Below, piece after piece: positions 10,919 to 21,299 of a stretch of 64,000 nt of DNA. Source of the DNA: an uncultured Prochlorococcus sp. (GTDB lineage Bacteria; Cyanobacteriota; Cyanobacteriia; PCC-6307; Cyanobiaceae). Both the position numbers and the translations under genes were made by a program. Where the stretch lies: the NCBI GenBank assembly GCA_902572595.1, contig CACGGL010000001.1, positions 1,990 through 65,989 of the forward strand, read 5' to 3'. The notes beneath the pieces are model-generated. The model worked only from the letters and a program-made list of their open reading frames with translations. It was not told where the DNA came from and did not search any database. Numbering within the stretch: position 1 is the first letter of the stretch; each line of letters starts with the position of its first letter.

Positions 10919-11467
10919 ATGAAAGAACAAGAAATTCAAGAAAATATGAATAAAAGTATTGAAGCAACACAAAGAAACTTTAATACAATTAGGACAGGCA
11001 GAGCTAATGCTTCATTGCTAGACAGAGTAAGTGTTGAGTATTACGGAGCAGAAACACCAATTAAATCACTTGCCACAATAAGCACTGTTGATTCACAGAC
11101 AATTGCAATACAACCATTTGATATTTCATGCTTACAAGCGATTGAGAAATCTATTTCTATGAGTGATTTAGGTATTACTCCAAATAATGATGGTAAAGTA
11201 ATAAGAATAAATGTCCCTCCTTTAACAGAAGAAAGAAGAAAAGAATTCTGTAAATTAGCCTCTAAATATGCTGAAGAAGGAAAAGTAGCTTTGAGAAATA
11301 TCAGAAGAGATGCTGTTGATAAAGAAAAAAAAGACGAAAAAGATGGTCTAATTTCTATTGACGAATCGAGAGATAATCAATCTGAAATTCAGAAAATTAC
11401 TGATAAATATATTGCCTTAATAGAAACTAAATTGTCTGAAAAAGAAAAGGAAATTTTAAAAGTTTGA
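10919..11467 (+). CDS. frr: Ribosome recycling factor
   Basis: [20 protein letters not shown]; follows pyrH. Confidence 0.97.
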   Translation: MKEQEIQENMNKSIEATQRNFNTIRTGRANASLLDRVSVEYYGAETPIKSLATISTVDSQTIAIQPFDISCLQAIEKSISMSDLGITPNNDGKVIRINVPPLTEERRKEFCKLASKYAEEGKVALRNIRRDAVDKEKKDEKDGLISIDESRDNQSEIQKITDKYIALIETKLSEKEKEILKV

Positions 11468-12597
11468 TAGGATTTGACGTCGTAATAATTGGTGGAGGTT
11501 TATCAGGATCTTCCACCGCTCTTAACCTATCAAAGAAAGGATATTCAGTTTTAATTATCGAAAAAGAAAAATCCCAAGATTACAAACCCTGTGCAGGCGG
11601 GATGGCATCTTCAATGCAAAGATTTCTTCCTTTAGATATAAAAGATTCCATAGAATCAAAAATTAAGAACGTTGAATTCAGATGGAAGGCTGCAGATAAT
11701 GTGACTGCAGATCTGACTGGCGAATCTCCATTTTGGATTATTAAAAGAGAGAAGCTTGATCAATTATTACTTGATGAGTCCTTGAGTAATGGAGCTCAGG
11801 TAATGAGACCGTTATTGATCGAAAAAATCATAAAAAAAAATGATCAATGGGAAATTACTTGCAATAACGAAATAAAATATACTACAGAATTTCTTGTGAT
11901 TGCAGATGGGTCCCAATCGAAATGGGCGGGTTATTTCAATTTAGGGCCAAGAAAACCGAAATTTGCAAACACAATCTCATTAAGATTGAAAGGATTAGGT
12001 GAAATACCTAGAGATGCAGTTAGATTTGAGTTCGGATTTATAAAATATGGTTTTGCATGGGCATTCCCCTTAAGAGAAAGCTTAAATATTGGTCTAGGTA
12101 CTTTTATAAATAATGGTCTCCTAGAAAATCAGGCTATAAATAAACAAGTAATCAGAAGCTTCGGTTTTGATGTTTTTCCTCATAAAACAATTAGTAAGAA
12201 ACTGAGAATATGGAATGGCTTCCACTCAATTAATGGTGACAAAGTTTTAGCGGTTGGAGATGCAGCATCTCTATGTGATCCATTTTTGGCTGAAGGGATT
12301 AGACCATCTTTAATTAGCAGTTTTTATGCTGCAGAATATATAGATCAGTGCCTATCTGGAAAAGTAGATGATTTAAATCTTTACACGAAAAAAATTAACA
12401 ACATTTGGGGTAAATCAATGGCTTGGGGGAGGAGGATAGCCCAAGTATTTTATAGATTTCCCAGAACTGGATACCAATTAGGTGTCAAAAGAAAAACAGC
12501 TCCTAAACGTATTGCTCAGATATTATCAGGAGAAATGAGTTATGAAGATATTGCAAAAAGAGTTATCAGAAGACTTCTAACAAAAAGTGGGACTTAA
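11464..12597 (+). CDS. Geranylgeranyl reductase-family FAD-dependent oxidoreductase
   Basis: GGGLSG FAD motif, [24 protein letters not shown]; TTGA overlap with the frr stop. Confidence 0.85.
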   Translation: MIGFDVVIIGGGLSGSSTALNLSKKGYSVLIIEKEKSQDYKPCAGGMASSMQRFLPLDIKDSIESKIKNVEFRWKAADNVTADLTGESPFWIIKREKLDQLLLDESLSNGAQVMRPLLIEKIIKKNDQWEITCNNEIKYTTEFLVIADGSQSKWAGYFNLGPRKPKFANTISLRLKGLGEIPRDAVRFEFGFIKYGFAWAFPLRESLNIGLGTFINNGLLENQAINKQVIRSFGFDVFPHKTISKKLRIWNGFHSINGDKVLAVGDAASLCDPFLAEGIRPSLISSFYAAEYIDQCLSGKVDDLNLYTKKINNIWGKSMAWGRRIAQVFYRFPRTGYQLGVKRKTAPKRIAQILSGEMSYEDIAKRVIRRLLTKSGT

Positions 12598-12621
12598 TTC
12601 TTTTTCAATTCAAACTTATAT

Positions 12622-13623
12622 TTAGTTAGCAGAAATCAATTTATGATTTTTAATTTCTGAATATCTCTTAATAAGCAGCTCTTCCAATTCTTCAATAGCC
12701 TTACTGAATCCAGTGATGCCTTCACTAAGCTTTTCACTTGCCATTTGATCTTCTAACATGCTTAATCTGAAATCTTTTTCTTCAAATTCGTAGTCAATAG
12801 AATGATTTATTTGAGTACTTAGATCTAATTTCCTAACTAACTCTCCTTTCTCTTTTTTCAGTTCCTCAAGAAATTTTGGTGCAATTGTTAAAAGATCGCA
12901 ACCTGCTAATTCTTTTATTTCATCAAGATTTCTAAAACTCGCTCCCATTACTTCTGTCTTGAATCCCTTTTCTTTAAAGTAATTGTATATTTGTGTAACC
13001 GAAATAACACCAGGGTCTTCAGCACCAACAAAACTAGTTTTACCAGTTTTTGCTTTATGCCAATCCAATATACGACCAACGAACGGAGAAATTAGAGTTA
13101 TCTTTGCATTGGCACAAGTTACCGCTTGGCAGAAGTTAAAAAGTAAAGTTAAGTTGCATCTAATACCCTCTTTTTCCAAAATTTCAGCTGCTTTAATTCC
13201 CTCCCAAGTTGCAGCAATCTTAATCAAAATTCTTTCCTTTTCAATTCCAAAATTTTTGTAAAGATTGATCAATTTTCTCGCTTTTTCTACCGTAGCTTCG
13301 GTATCAAAGCTCAGTCTTGCATCAACTTCTGTAGATACGCGCCCAGAAATAATTTTCAATATTTCTTTTCCAAAAAATACTGAAACTTGGTCAACAGTTT
13401 CTTTAATTAATTCAATTTCGGAGAATCCTTGGGACAATGCATTTTCTGAACTTTCTAAAGCTTTATCAATTAATTTCACATAATCAGGATTCTTGGCAGC
13501 AGCAAGTATTAGCGATGGATTAGTGGTCGCATCTCTTGGTTGAAATTTTTTTATCGAATCTAAATCTCCAGTATCAGCAACAACAACGGTCATTGAGGAC
13601 AATTGTTCTAAAATTGATTTCAT
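12622..13623 (-). CDS. tal: Transaldolase
   Basis: [48 protein letters not shown]; probable start MKSILEQ at 13623. Confidence 0.96.
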   Translation of the reverse strand: MKSILEQLSSMTVVVADTGDLDSIKKFQPRDATTNPSLILAAAKNPDYVKLIDKALESSENALSQGFSEIELIKETVDQVSVFFGKEILKIISGRVSTEVDARLSFDTEATVEKARKLINLYKNFGIEKERILIKIAATWEGIKAAEILEKEGIRCNLTLLFNFCQAVTCANAKITLISPFVGRILDWHKAKTGKTSFVGAEDPGVISVTQIYNYFKEKGFKTEVMGASFRNLDEIKELAGCDLLTIAPKFLEELKKEKGELVRKLDLSTQINHSIDYEFEEKDFRLSMLEDQMASEKLSEGITGFSKAIEELEELLIKRYSEIKNHKLISAN

Positions 13624-13713
13624 GTCTAGATAATCATATATATACACAAACTAGCTTTAATTCCTGATGAAATCATCAGAAAGTGAATTAAATATTTATA
13701 AAATTGGAAAATT

Positions 13714-15465
13714 TTAGGGTTTTTTAACAATCATTCCATGATCTTTAATCTTAGGAGGTATTTTTTCAATTACTATAAGACTCTCGATAATTTCTTTCGC
13801 AACTGGCACTGCAACAGTTGAACCATATGCATATGATTTAGACGGCTCATCAACAACTACAAGAACAGCATATTTTGGATTATTAACTGGTAAGGTCGCG
13901 ACAAAACTACAAACTTTTTTACTTGTATAAGAACCATTTAAAGCTTTTTGAGAAGTGCCCGTTTTCCCAGCAATCCTATAACCCTCGATTTTTACTCCAG
14001 ATCCACTACCTTTATCAACTACGCTCTCCATCCATTCAAGAACAGTTTTAGAAACCTCTTGTGAAAAAAATTGTTTTTTTGGATTTTTATCAAATCTTTC
14101 TTTGAAAGTTGAGGTTACATGAGGAGTCACTTCATAACCCCCATTTGCCAGAGCCGCATGAAGTTGAAGCAATTTAAGTGGCGAGATTGAGAACCCTTTA
14201 CCAAAAGAAGTTACGGCAGGCTCAATTGATTGATTTACAAATAAATCTTTTCTCTTAAGTTGGCCAGCAGTAGATTCAAATAAGTCAGTCTCTAAATTTC
14301 TATTTATACCTAAATTTTTTAGCCAATCCCAATAAATTGTGGGGTCTAAATTTTGCATTATTTTTACCATCCCAACATTACTTGAAACCTGCAAAACTTT
14401 TGGATAGTCAATATATCCATTACCTTTTTTATCCCAATTAGAAAGTGTCCATCCTCCAACATTAATTTTTCCAATATCTTCAACTACTCCATCTTTCTGG
14501 ATTACTTTTTCTTCTAAAGCTAAGGCAAGATTAATAGGTTTAAAAGTTGAACCTGGCTCAAATAAATCTTGAGAATACCAACCCCTAAAAAGTTCAGAAT
14601 CATACTGCCAAAATTTATTTGGATCGTACGATGGGACTGTAACCAAGGAGAGAATCCGACCATTATTAACGTCCATAACTATGGCAAATCCCTTCTTTGC
14701 TTTCCATTTTTTTACTTGCTTTGATAATGCATGGAATGACGCTTTCTGTAATTTTGAATCTATAGTTAGGCCTAATTTTTTGTAATCAGAAATAAAATCA
14801 CCTGGGGCTGAATTATCCGGTAGAGGTGTTCCATCTCCTCCTATTTTTATAAAATTACTTTTATTAAAAACTTTAATTTGATTATCTAAATGAAGCTCTA
14901 AACCTGCTGAAGCTATATTCTCATCATTAACAAAACCTACCAGATTAGAGTAAATCTCCCCTTGTGGATAATATCTCTGCGAATATTTAAACAAATCAAG
15001 TCCGCTTATTTGAAGGTTTTTAATCTTTTCTGCCTTTTCTTCGGAAATTTTATCCAAAAGCTTGATACCACTCATTTTATTATTAAATTTTCTCAATAGT
15101 ATTTCACCATTTAAATCCAAGATAGGTGACAATTTTTCTGTAACTTCTTCAATACTGCGAACTCTGTTAATTGAATCACCAGGAAAATTAAAATATTTTG
15201 GATGGGCCCATAATTTATAAAGCGGTTTATCGTAAGCAATTAATCTATTATTTCTATCAACAATCGCTCTCCTTTTTTTTAAGGCGTTAGTTTTAGAAGA
15301 CTGTATTAATCTAGCTTTCCTTTGCAAATCAGAGGCATTAAAGACTTGCAATTTAACTAACCTACCAAACAAACAAAATATTAATAGTAAGCTAAAAATA
15401 TAGAGAAATTTAAATCTTCTTAGATCAAGGGGTACTAGACGAACAATTTTTTTGTATTCTTTCAT
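13714..15465 (-). CDS. ftsI: Class B penicillin-binding protein (FtsI/PBP3)
   Basis: N-terminal TM; transpeptidase motifs EPGSTFK, SSN, KTGT; ATG at 15465 overlaps the upstream stop (TGATG). Confidence 0.9.
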   Translation of the reverse strand: MKEYKKIVRLVPLDLRRFKFLYIFSLLLIFCLFGRLVKLQVFNASDLQRKARLIQSSKTNALKKRRAIVDRNNRLIAYDKPLYKLWAHPKYFNFPGDSINRVRSIEEVTEKLSPILDLNGEILLRKFNNKMSGIKLLDKISEEKAEKIKNLQISGLDLFKYSQRYYPQGEIYSNLVGFVNDENIASAGLELHLDNQIKVFNKSNFIKIGGDGTPLPDNSAPGDFISDYKKLGLTIDSKLQKASFHALSKQVKKWKAKKGFAIVMDVNNGRILSLVTVPSYDPNKFWQYDSELFRGWYSQDLFEPGSTFKPINLALALEEKVIQKDGVVEDIGKINVGGWTLSNWDKKGNGYIDYPKVLQVSSNVGMVKIMQNLDPTIYWDWLKNLGINRNLETDLFESTAGQLKRKDLFVNQSIEPAVTSFGKGFSISPLKLLQLHAALANGGYEVTPHVTSTFKERFDKNPKKQFFSQEVSKTVLEWMESVVDKGSGSGVKIEGYRIAGKTGTSQKALNGSYTSKKVCSFVATLPVNNPKYAVLVVVDEPSKSYAYGSTVAVPVAKEIIESLIVIEKIPPKIKDHGMIVKKP

Positions 15466-15893
15466 CAATACCCCCTTTGATATCTGCTATGACTAAAACC
15501 TTCAATGAAACTACTTAAATTTTTCTTAAGTAAACTTTCTTTTTTTTCTGGAAGTTTATCTATGTAGATTAAATCTTTAGGTTTAGTTTTTCTATAAGTA
15601 TTAGTAGATTCAAGTTCACCAATATAAAATTCCTCAATTTTGGAAATATAATCAATAAGATTATTATTGATAGCTCTTGTTTTAGATAAGTTTTTATATG
15701 TATTTGACCATTTTCTTTGACTATTAAAAGACAAGAAAAATAAGATGAAAATTAACACCAAAAGAGATATATTAATAGTATCGAAAATTTGATGTATTAA
15801 TTTAAAATTAATTATAGATATTTTTTCAGAGTTTTTTTTACTTTCATATGAAACTTTTTTTTTTAAATTAAGTTGATGCCCATAAGGTTTCAT
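15465..15893 (-). CDS. Bitopic membrane protein, candidate FtsL-like
   Basis: One TM (ISLLVLIFILFFLSF) followed by an amphipathic heptad segment; stop overlaps the ftsI start. Confidence 0.6.
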   Translation of the reverse strand: MKPYGHQLNLKKKVSYESKKNSEKISIINFKLIHQIFDTINISLLVLIFILFFLSFNSQRKWSNTYKNLSKTRAINNNLIDYISKIEEFYIGELESTNTYRKTKPKDLIYIDKLPEKKESLLKKNLSSFIEGFSHSRYQRGY

Positions 15894-15978
15894 CTATGAT
15901 TTTTTATTTAAATAAAAGAAGTGTTATTAATTAAATAAACATCTTTTTGTTTGATTCGCAAGTAAAAAATTAAATTCT

Positions 15979-17340
15979 TTATGTCCTCAATAAGAATAAA
16001 TTTAAGAAAGTCAATCCATTCCATAAAGAATGCATAATCACTGAGGAAAACAAACTCCCTGAAGCAATTCTTGTAATTGCTAATCCAATCCCTAAAACAA
16101 ATAATGGCGGCATTTCTCCCAAACTTAAATGGGCCAATGCAAAGACAAAAGCTGAAACTATGATGCCCGAAATTACTCCAAAATCTCTTGAAAGAGTTGG
16201 TAGTAAAATACCGCGAAATATAATCTCTTCAAATAAAGGAGCTAATAGAGTTGTTGTTACAAATAATAGAAAAAATGATCCGTAATTATTATTATTAAGA
16301 ACAATTTCCAGCAAGGGGTTACTACCATTCTGATTATCGATCAGACTATTCATAATTAGAGAGATCAATAAAACAAAAGGAACAATTGTTAACCAACCTT
16401 TAATTCCCTGAATAATTGCATATTTTATTGGCAAGAAATTGAACTGTAAATAATCCTTTTTAAAAGTAAATTCACCATTCAAGGATTTAATTTGATAAAA
16501 AACTATCAATAATGGCGGAATAGCCATAAAAAGATATCCAAAGAAAATTTTTAAAGATTGAGACAATTCATTAGAGATATTTTTAGAAAAAAGTTCAACC
16601 AAACTGATAGAAAATAAAGGTGATACTACCTCTCCTAAAACAACAAATCCACCAGCAATTAATAAAACCATATCTATTAATTCTAAATCTAAGGATTTAA
16701 TTTCTTTCCAACCAAACTTTTTCAAAGATATGGTTGTCCATAATATTTTTAAGGAAAAAATAGAGCCAATAAGTATTGTTAAAAGTGGGATTAGTCTTAT
16801 GGCTAATATTTTAAAAAACATTTTGCTTGAAAATGATTTTGTTATTAACGCACTATCGTCAAAATCAAATTTCCGGCTTAAAAGATGATATAAAAATCTA
16901 TCACCTTTAAATAAATCAAATTTATCAGAATTTGCTTTATATGAATTATTATTAGATTTTTTTTCTAACTCATCCATCAAAAACTTAAAGTTTTTTTCTT
17001 CAAAATCTTTGGATATATTTTTATAAATTAAAGGATCATTTGATTCTGAAGTAATTATTCGAATTAATTTATTTCTTTCTGTTAGCTCTTCAAATGAGAC
17101 ATCAGAGAGTGATTTATTTATTTGATCAACAGGATCATTAATGATAAAAAATTTTTTAATATTTACAGGTATTGATTGGACAGATAATTCAGCAATTTCT
17201 TGCTCTTTTTGACTAATATCAAATGAAACAGATGGTCTATTTAAACTGTCTCTTAAACCTTGTTGCCATACAAAAAAAGTTATGACGATAGAAATAAAAG
17301 CTAAAGTGAGTTTTGACTTAGAAGTATTTTTAAAGATCAT
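15979..17340 (-). CDS. CPBP (type II CAAX/Abi) intramembrane metalloprotease
   Basis: EEIIFRG, FALAH and HSLWN motifs; multiple TMs. Confidence 0.9.
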   Translation of the reverse strand: MIFKNTSKSKLTLAFISIVITFFVWQQGLRDSLNRPSVSFDISQKEQEIAELSVQSIPVNIKKFFIINDPVDQINKSLSDVSFEELTERNKLIRIITSESNDPLIYKNISKDFEEKNFKFLMDELEKKSNNNSYKANSDKFDLFKGDRFLYHLLSRKFDFDDSALITKSFSSKMFFKILAIRLIPLLTILIGSIFSLKILWTTISLKKFGWKEIKSLDLELIDMVLLIAGGFVVLGEVVSPLFSISLVELFSKNISNELSQSLKIFFGYLFMAIPPLLIVFYQIKSLNGEFTFKKDYLQFNFLPIKYAIIQGIKGWLTIVPFVLLISLIMNSLIDNQNGSNPLLEIVLNNNNYGSFFLLFVTTTLLAPLFEEIIFRGILLPTLSRDFGVISGIIVSAFVFALAHLSLGEMPPLFVLGIGLAITRIASGSLFSSVIMHSLWNGLTFLNLFLLRT

Positions 17341-17456
17341 AACTTATTATATTCTTGAAAACTATAGTTAGTTATCATTGAATTTCCTTATATTTATGTA
17401 TCTATTTTAATCACGCCATGAGATGATTAAATTATCTTAATTTTCAAATTTATATA

Positions 17457-18785
17457 ATGGCTATAAGATTAGTTTTAGTTAGGCATGGACTAAGCAGTTT
17501 CAATGCAAAAGGATTAATTCAAGGAAGAACAGATGATTCATTATTAACTGATGAAGGATACGAACAAGCCCGAAAAGCAGGAAAAGCATTATCAAAAATT
17601 AACTTCGACAAAATCTATTCCTCCCCACTTGTGAGAGCGGCAGAGACTGCAAAAACAATTAAAAAGACCTTCAATAAAGAACAAAATATTGTATTCGACA
17701 ATAATTTGCTAGAGGTAGATCTTAGTGAATGGTCTGGTCTAAAAATTGATGAAATAAAAAAGAAATTTCCAGAAATTTACCCTGTTTGGAAAAATGATCC
17801 AGAAAATCTTATCTTAAAAAGAAATGACAATAAAACTTATAAACCAATTCAAGAGTTATTTTTTCAAGCAACAAATTTTGTAGAAGATATTTTAAAAATT
17901 TATCTAAACAAAGGTGATGTAAATATTTTAGTTGTTGGACATAATGCAATTCTCAGATGTTTAATACTCTTGTTATTGGGAAAGCCTAAGCAAGGTTTTA
18001 GAAAAATAAGATTAGAAAATGCTTCTTTCTCGATACTCAATATTTCAAAGAAAGATAACTCTTTTAAGACACAAATTGAATGCTTAAATCAAACTTCCCA
18101 TCTTAATAAAAATATTCCAAATAAAATTGGAGATTCCAGAATATTTCTTATCAGGCATGGTGAAACTAACTGGAACAAAGAAGGTAGATTTCAAGGCCAA
18201 ATTGATATCCCTTTAAATGAAAACGGAAAAGATCAAGCTAGAAAGACTTTTGAATATTTGAGAAATATTTCTTTCAATAAGGCATTTTCAAGTTCAATGC
18301 ATAGGCCTTATGAGACTGCACAAATAATCCTTCAAAATAACAAAGATTTAAAAATTGCGAAAATAGATTCACTTGTAGAAATCAGTCACGGATTATGGGA
18401 GGGTAAATTGGAAGCAGAAATTAGAGAAGAGTGGCCTACTTTACTAAAAAATTGGCATGATAAACCTGAAGATGTAATAATGCCTGAAGGTGAATGTATA
18501 AAAGATGTATCAGAAAGGTCAGTAGAAGCTTTTGACAAAATTTGTTTATCTCAAAAGGATAATGATCAAACCCTCATGGTTGCACATGATGCAGTTAATA
18601 AAACTCTAATTTGTAATATCCTTGGAATTAATTATTCAAATATTTGGATGATAAAACAGGGTAATGGCGGCATAACTATAATTGACCTTTTTAATGATCC
18701 CAATAAACCCCCTGTGATTAGCGCTCTTAACATTACAACACACCTAGGGGGAATACTTGATTCAACTGCTTCAGGAGCACTTTAA
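17457..18785 (+). CDS. Tandem histidine phosphatase (phosphoglycerate mutase/CobC-like) family protein
   Basis: Two RHG domains: LVRHGLS..SSPLVRA and LIRHGETNWN..SSSMHRP. Confidence 0.88.
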   Translation: MAIRLVLVRHGLSSFNAKGLIQGRTDDSLLTDEGYEQARKAGKALSKINFDKIYSSPLVRAAETAKTIKKTFNKEQNIVFDNNLLEVDLSEWSGLKIDEIKKKFPEIYPVWKNDPENLILKRNDNKTYKPIQELFFQATNFVEDILKIYLNKGDVNILVVGHNAILRCLILLLLGKPKQGFRKIRLENASFSILNISKKDNSFKTQIECLNQTSHLNKNIPNKIGDSRIFLIRHGETNWNKEGRFQGQIDIPLNENGKDQARKTFEYLRNISFNKAFSSSMHRPYETAQIILQNNKDLKIAKIDSLVEISHGLWEGKLEAEIREEWPTLLKNWHDKPEDVIMPEGECIKDVSERSVEAFDKICLSQKDNDQTLMVAHDAVNKTLICNILGINYSNIWMIKQGNGGITIIDLFNDPNKPPVISALNITTHLGGILDSTASGAL

Positions 18786-18837
18786 ATTAAGCCTTGTTAA
18801 TAATTTATTTTGATGAAGTCACAGTCAGAAAAAGGCT

Positions 18838-19497
18838 TCATTTACTGAAAAAGCCAACTTGACTAAGAGGCCAAAATCTGAAATATGCTTTACCAATTAT
18901 CTCTTTTTTATGAAGAAATTTATTTCCAGGCCAATATCTTCCATCCCAGCTATTTGCCCTATTATCACCTAAAACTAAAAAATGATCTTCTGGCACTTTT
19001 ATGTTTTCAAATTTACCACAATTATTAAATAGAGATAATGAGCACTTATAAGAGACATAGGGTTCAGTAATTAATGTATTATTTATTATTAATTCACCAC
19101 TAGAGTTTACACTTACAATTTCTCCTGGAAGTGCCACCACTCTTTTAATATAAGCATCGCAAGCTTGATCCCTCAATCCTGGAATAAAAGACATTGGAGG
19201 AAAACTCATAAAAAAACAATATCTTTTTTTTGGTAAAGGCTTAGATCTTGATGAAATTAATTTTTCGTCAAATGAGTAAGGTGAGTTAAAAACAACAATA
19301 TCTCCTCTTTTTGGTAAAGAGTTTCTTAGCGAAAATTTTTCAATAATTAACCTATCATTTATTTGTAATTCTGGGAGCATTGAACCAGAAGGGATATAAC
19401 GTGGTTCTGCAAAAAATGATCTACAAGAAGAAACAAAAAAAGTTAACAAAATTAATAGACCCCATTCTTTTAAAAAACTTTTTATGGAACTTGGCAT
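18838..19497 (-). CDS. lepB: Signal peptidase I
   Basis: IPSGSMLP (Ser), YIKRVVALPG (Lys), LGDNRANSWDGR. Confidence 0.95.
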   Translation of the reverse strand: MPSSIKSFLKEWGLLILLTFFVSSCRSFFAEPRYIPSGSMLPELQINDRLIIEKFSLRNSLPKRGDIVVFNSPYSFDEKLISSRSKPLPKKRYCFFMSFPPMSFIPGLRDQACDAYIKRVVALPGEIVSVNSSGELIINNTLITEPYVSYKCSLSLFNNCGKFENIKVPEDHFLVLGDNRANSWDGRYWPGNKFLHKKEIIGKAYFRFWPLSQVGFFSK

Positions 19498-19526
19498 AGT
19501 ATTAATAGATTCTTGATTTTCTAAAC

Positions 19527-19883
19527 TTAAATAAATTGTTTGGCATATTCAATTTCTTTAAAACCTAATATTACTTTTTTCCCTTCGTAAATCAAAAATG
19601 GTCTTTTTATTAATTTGCCATCACTTAAAAGAAGTTGAATAATTTCTTCCTTTGACAAACGATCAATATCAAGATTAAGAGTTTTAAATGCTTTACCTCT
19701 TGTATTAAAAATCCTTTTCTTATCATCAGAGTATTGTTCCCAGGCTAGATTTAAATAATTAACAAGTGGAGGTTCTTTTACAATATCAATTAACTGAAAT
19801 TCAAAATCTTTGCTTTCAAGCCACTTTGCAGCTTTTCGGCAAGTAGAGCATTTTAAATAACTATAAAAAATTATTTTTTTCAA
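19527..19883 (-). CDS. ArsC/Spx-MgsR family protein
   Basis: CSTCRKA and LIKRP motifs; TTGA overlap with the upstream ppa stop. Confidence 0.85.
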   Translation of the reverse strand: MKKIIFYSYLKCSTCRKAAKWLESKDFEFQLIDIVKEPPLVNYLNLAWEQYSDDKKRIFNTRGKAFKTLNLDIDRLSKEEIIQLLLSDGKLIKRPFLIYEGKKVILGFKEIEYAKQFI

Positions 19884-20434
19884 TTTACTTTACTAATATT
19901 TGATTTCTTAAGTACTTTGAAGTTTTTCTTTTTTAGAGGCATACAACTTTTTAATAAATTTTCAACTACATCAAAATCCCTCCAACCATCAATTTGAACT
20001 GTTCTTCCATCGAGTCCTTTACTTGTTCTAAAAAATTCTGCAACATCCTCAAGCTGATTAGGAGCAATTTGATTAATACTCACTATATTAGCCTGCCTAG
20101 GATTAGCCATAGGCACACATAAAAGTTTTCCATCATATGCACCACAATCATGCATATCCAAAACTCCAATAGGTCTAGCTTTTATTAGGCAACCCGCAAA
20201 AGTAGGTTCATCCATTATCACCATTGCATCAAGGGGAGCTCCATCATCAGCAAGGGTATTTGGGATAAAACCATAATCAAAAGGGTACCTCACTGAAGAA
20301 TGTAATACTCTGTCTAGGGCCATTATTCCTGCGTCAGAACAATATTCATATTTATTCCTACTCCCTGCAGGTATTTCAACAACAATATTCACTATTCCCT
20401 TCATTGGAGATGGAGGTATTGAACTAAGGTCCAT
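19880..20434 (-). CDS. ppa: Family I inorganic pyrophosphatase paralogue with active-site substitutions
   Basis: EIPAGSRNKYE, LDR, YPFDYGFIPNT present; DGAPLD instead of DGDPLD; FFRTSK instead of FF..YK. Confidence 0.85.
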   Translation of the reverse strand: MDLSSIPPSPMKGIVNIVVEIPAGSRNKYEYCSDAGIMALDRVLHSSVRYPFDYGFIPNTLADDGAPLDAMVIMDEPTFAGCLIKARPIGVLDMHDCGAYDGKLLCVPMANPRQANIVSINQIAPNQLEDVAEFFRTSKGLDGRTVQIDGWRDFDVVENLLKSCMPLKKKNFKVLKKSNISKVN

Positions 20435-20678
20435 CTTTTTTAAAATCGTGATTACGAATTATCTCGTTTCCTTGAGGTAAAGGTCTGCCAATTAAAATGC
20501 TTATCGAAGGTAAAAAAATTGTCAAAAAGGCAAAAATAATACCTAAAGATGTTATTGATAAACTCCTTATACTTAAAGGGTCATCATCATCTCTTTCAAA
20601 ATCATTTCGAGCAGAACCAAGAGAAGAATCCTCGCTTGGTTTACTTTGAATAAACTGCTTTGATTTCGTATAACTCAA
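20424..20678 (-). CDS. Small single-TM hypothetical protein
   Basis: 84 aa ORF, TM SLGIIFAFLTIFLPSISILI; fills the gap and overlaps the ppa start by 11 nt. Confidence 0.6.
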   Translation of the reverse strand: MSYTKSKQFIQSKPSEDSSLGSARNDFERDDDDPLSIRSLSITSLGIIFAFLTIFLPSISILIGRPLPQGNEIIRNHDFKKDGP

Positions 20679-20774
20679 GAACTCTTGATTGGTAAAGATT
20701 AAGGAGATAATTAAACATCATTATCCTACATTCAAAATGTCAATTAATCAAAACATTGCTTGGTGACTTTTTAA

Positions 20775-21125
20775 TTACTTTTTTTCTAGCAAAGACCTAA
20801 TAGTTTTTAGTTCATCTAAAATTTGCGCCAGTATATTTTGAGCAGCGGACGAAGGTGTATTAAAGACCTCTACAGTAACTTCCTTTATTCTTAAAATATC
20901 CTTTGCAAATCTTGCTACCTCATTAGGATGGAATTTTAAAGGATCTTTTTGATCAGTCCTAAATTCGGGATTTAATTTTCTTGGATTAAAACTAGGGTTT
21001 AGATTTCTTAAATCTGTATTTGTATACCTATAGACAGAAGCTCTTGATCTATTTAAGAATTTTTGAACTTCATCAATACCTACTAATTCCTCTTCACTAG
21101 AAATATTGGAATCTATATTTTCCAT
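20775..21125 (-). CDS. Small DNA-binding protein with AlpA/excisionase-like winged HTH
   Basis: LVGIDEVQKFLNRSRASVYRY..LKFHPNEVARF pattern; C-terminal coiled coil. Confidence 0.7.
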   Translation of the reverse strand: MENIDSNISSEEELVGIDEVQKFLNRSRASVYRYTNTDLRNLNPSFNPRKLNPEFRTDQKDPLKFHPNEVARFAKDILRIKEVTVEVFNTPSSAAQNILAQILDELKTIRSLLEKK

Positions 21126-21299
21126 AAACTTAAGAAGATGAATTAGTAGTAATGAACTTTTTAAAGAGTTTGAACTTCATTACTGAAGAAGTTAGCAGAA
21201 AGAATATTCTTAGACTAGCCGCGTTGAGGGACTCAAGACACTTTAAATTATTTTTTCATCTTAATTGATAAAATTAGATATTATTAAGGATTTTTCTGT

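Noticed and set aside
15979-17340. 'Abi' CAAX protease as an anti-phage defence gene
   Set aside because: The CPBP family name does not imply abortive infection, and the context is housekeeping
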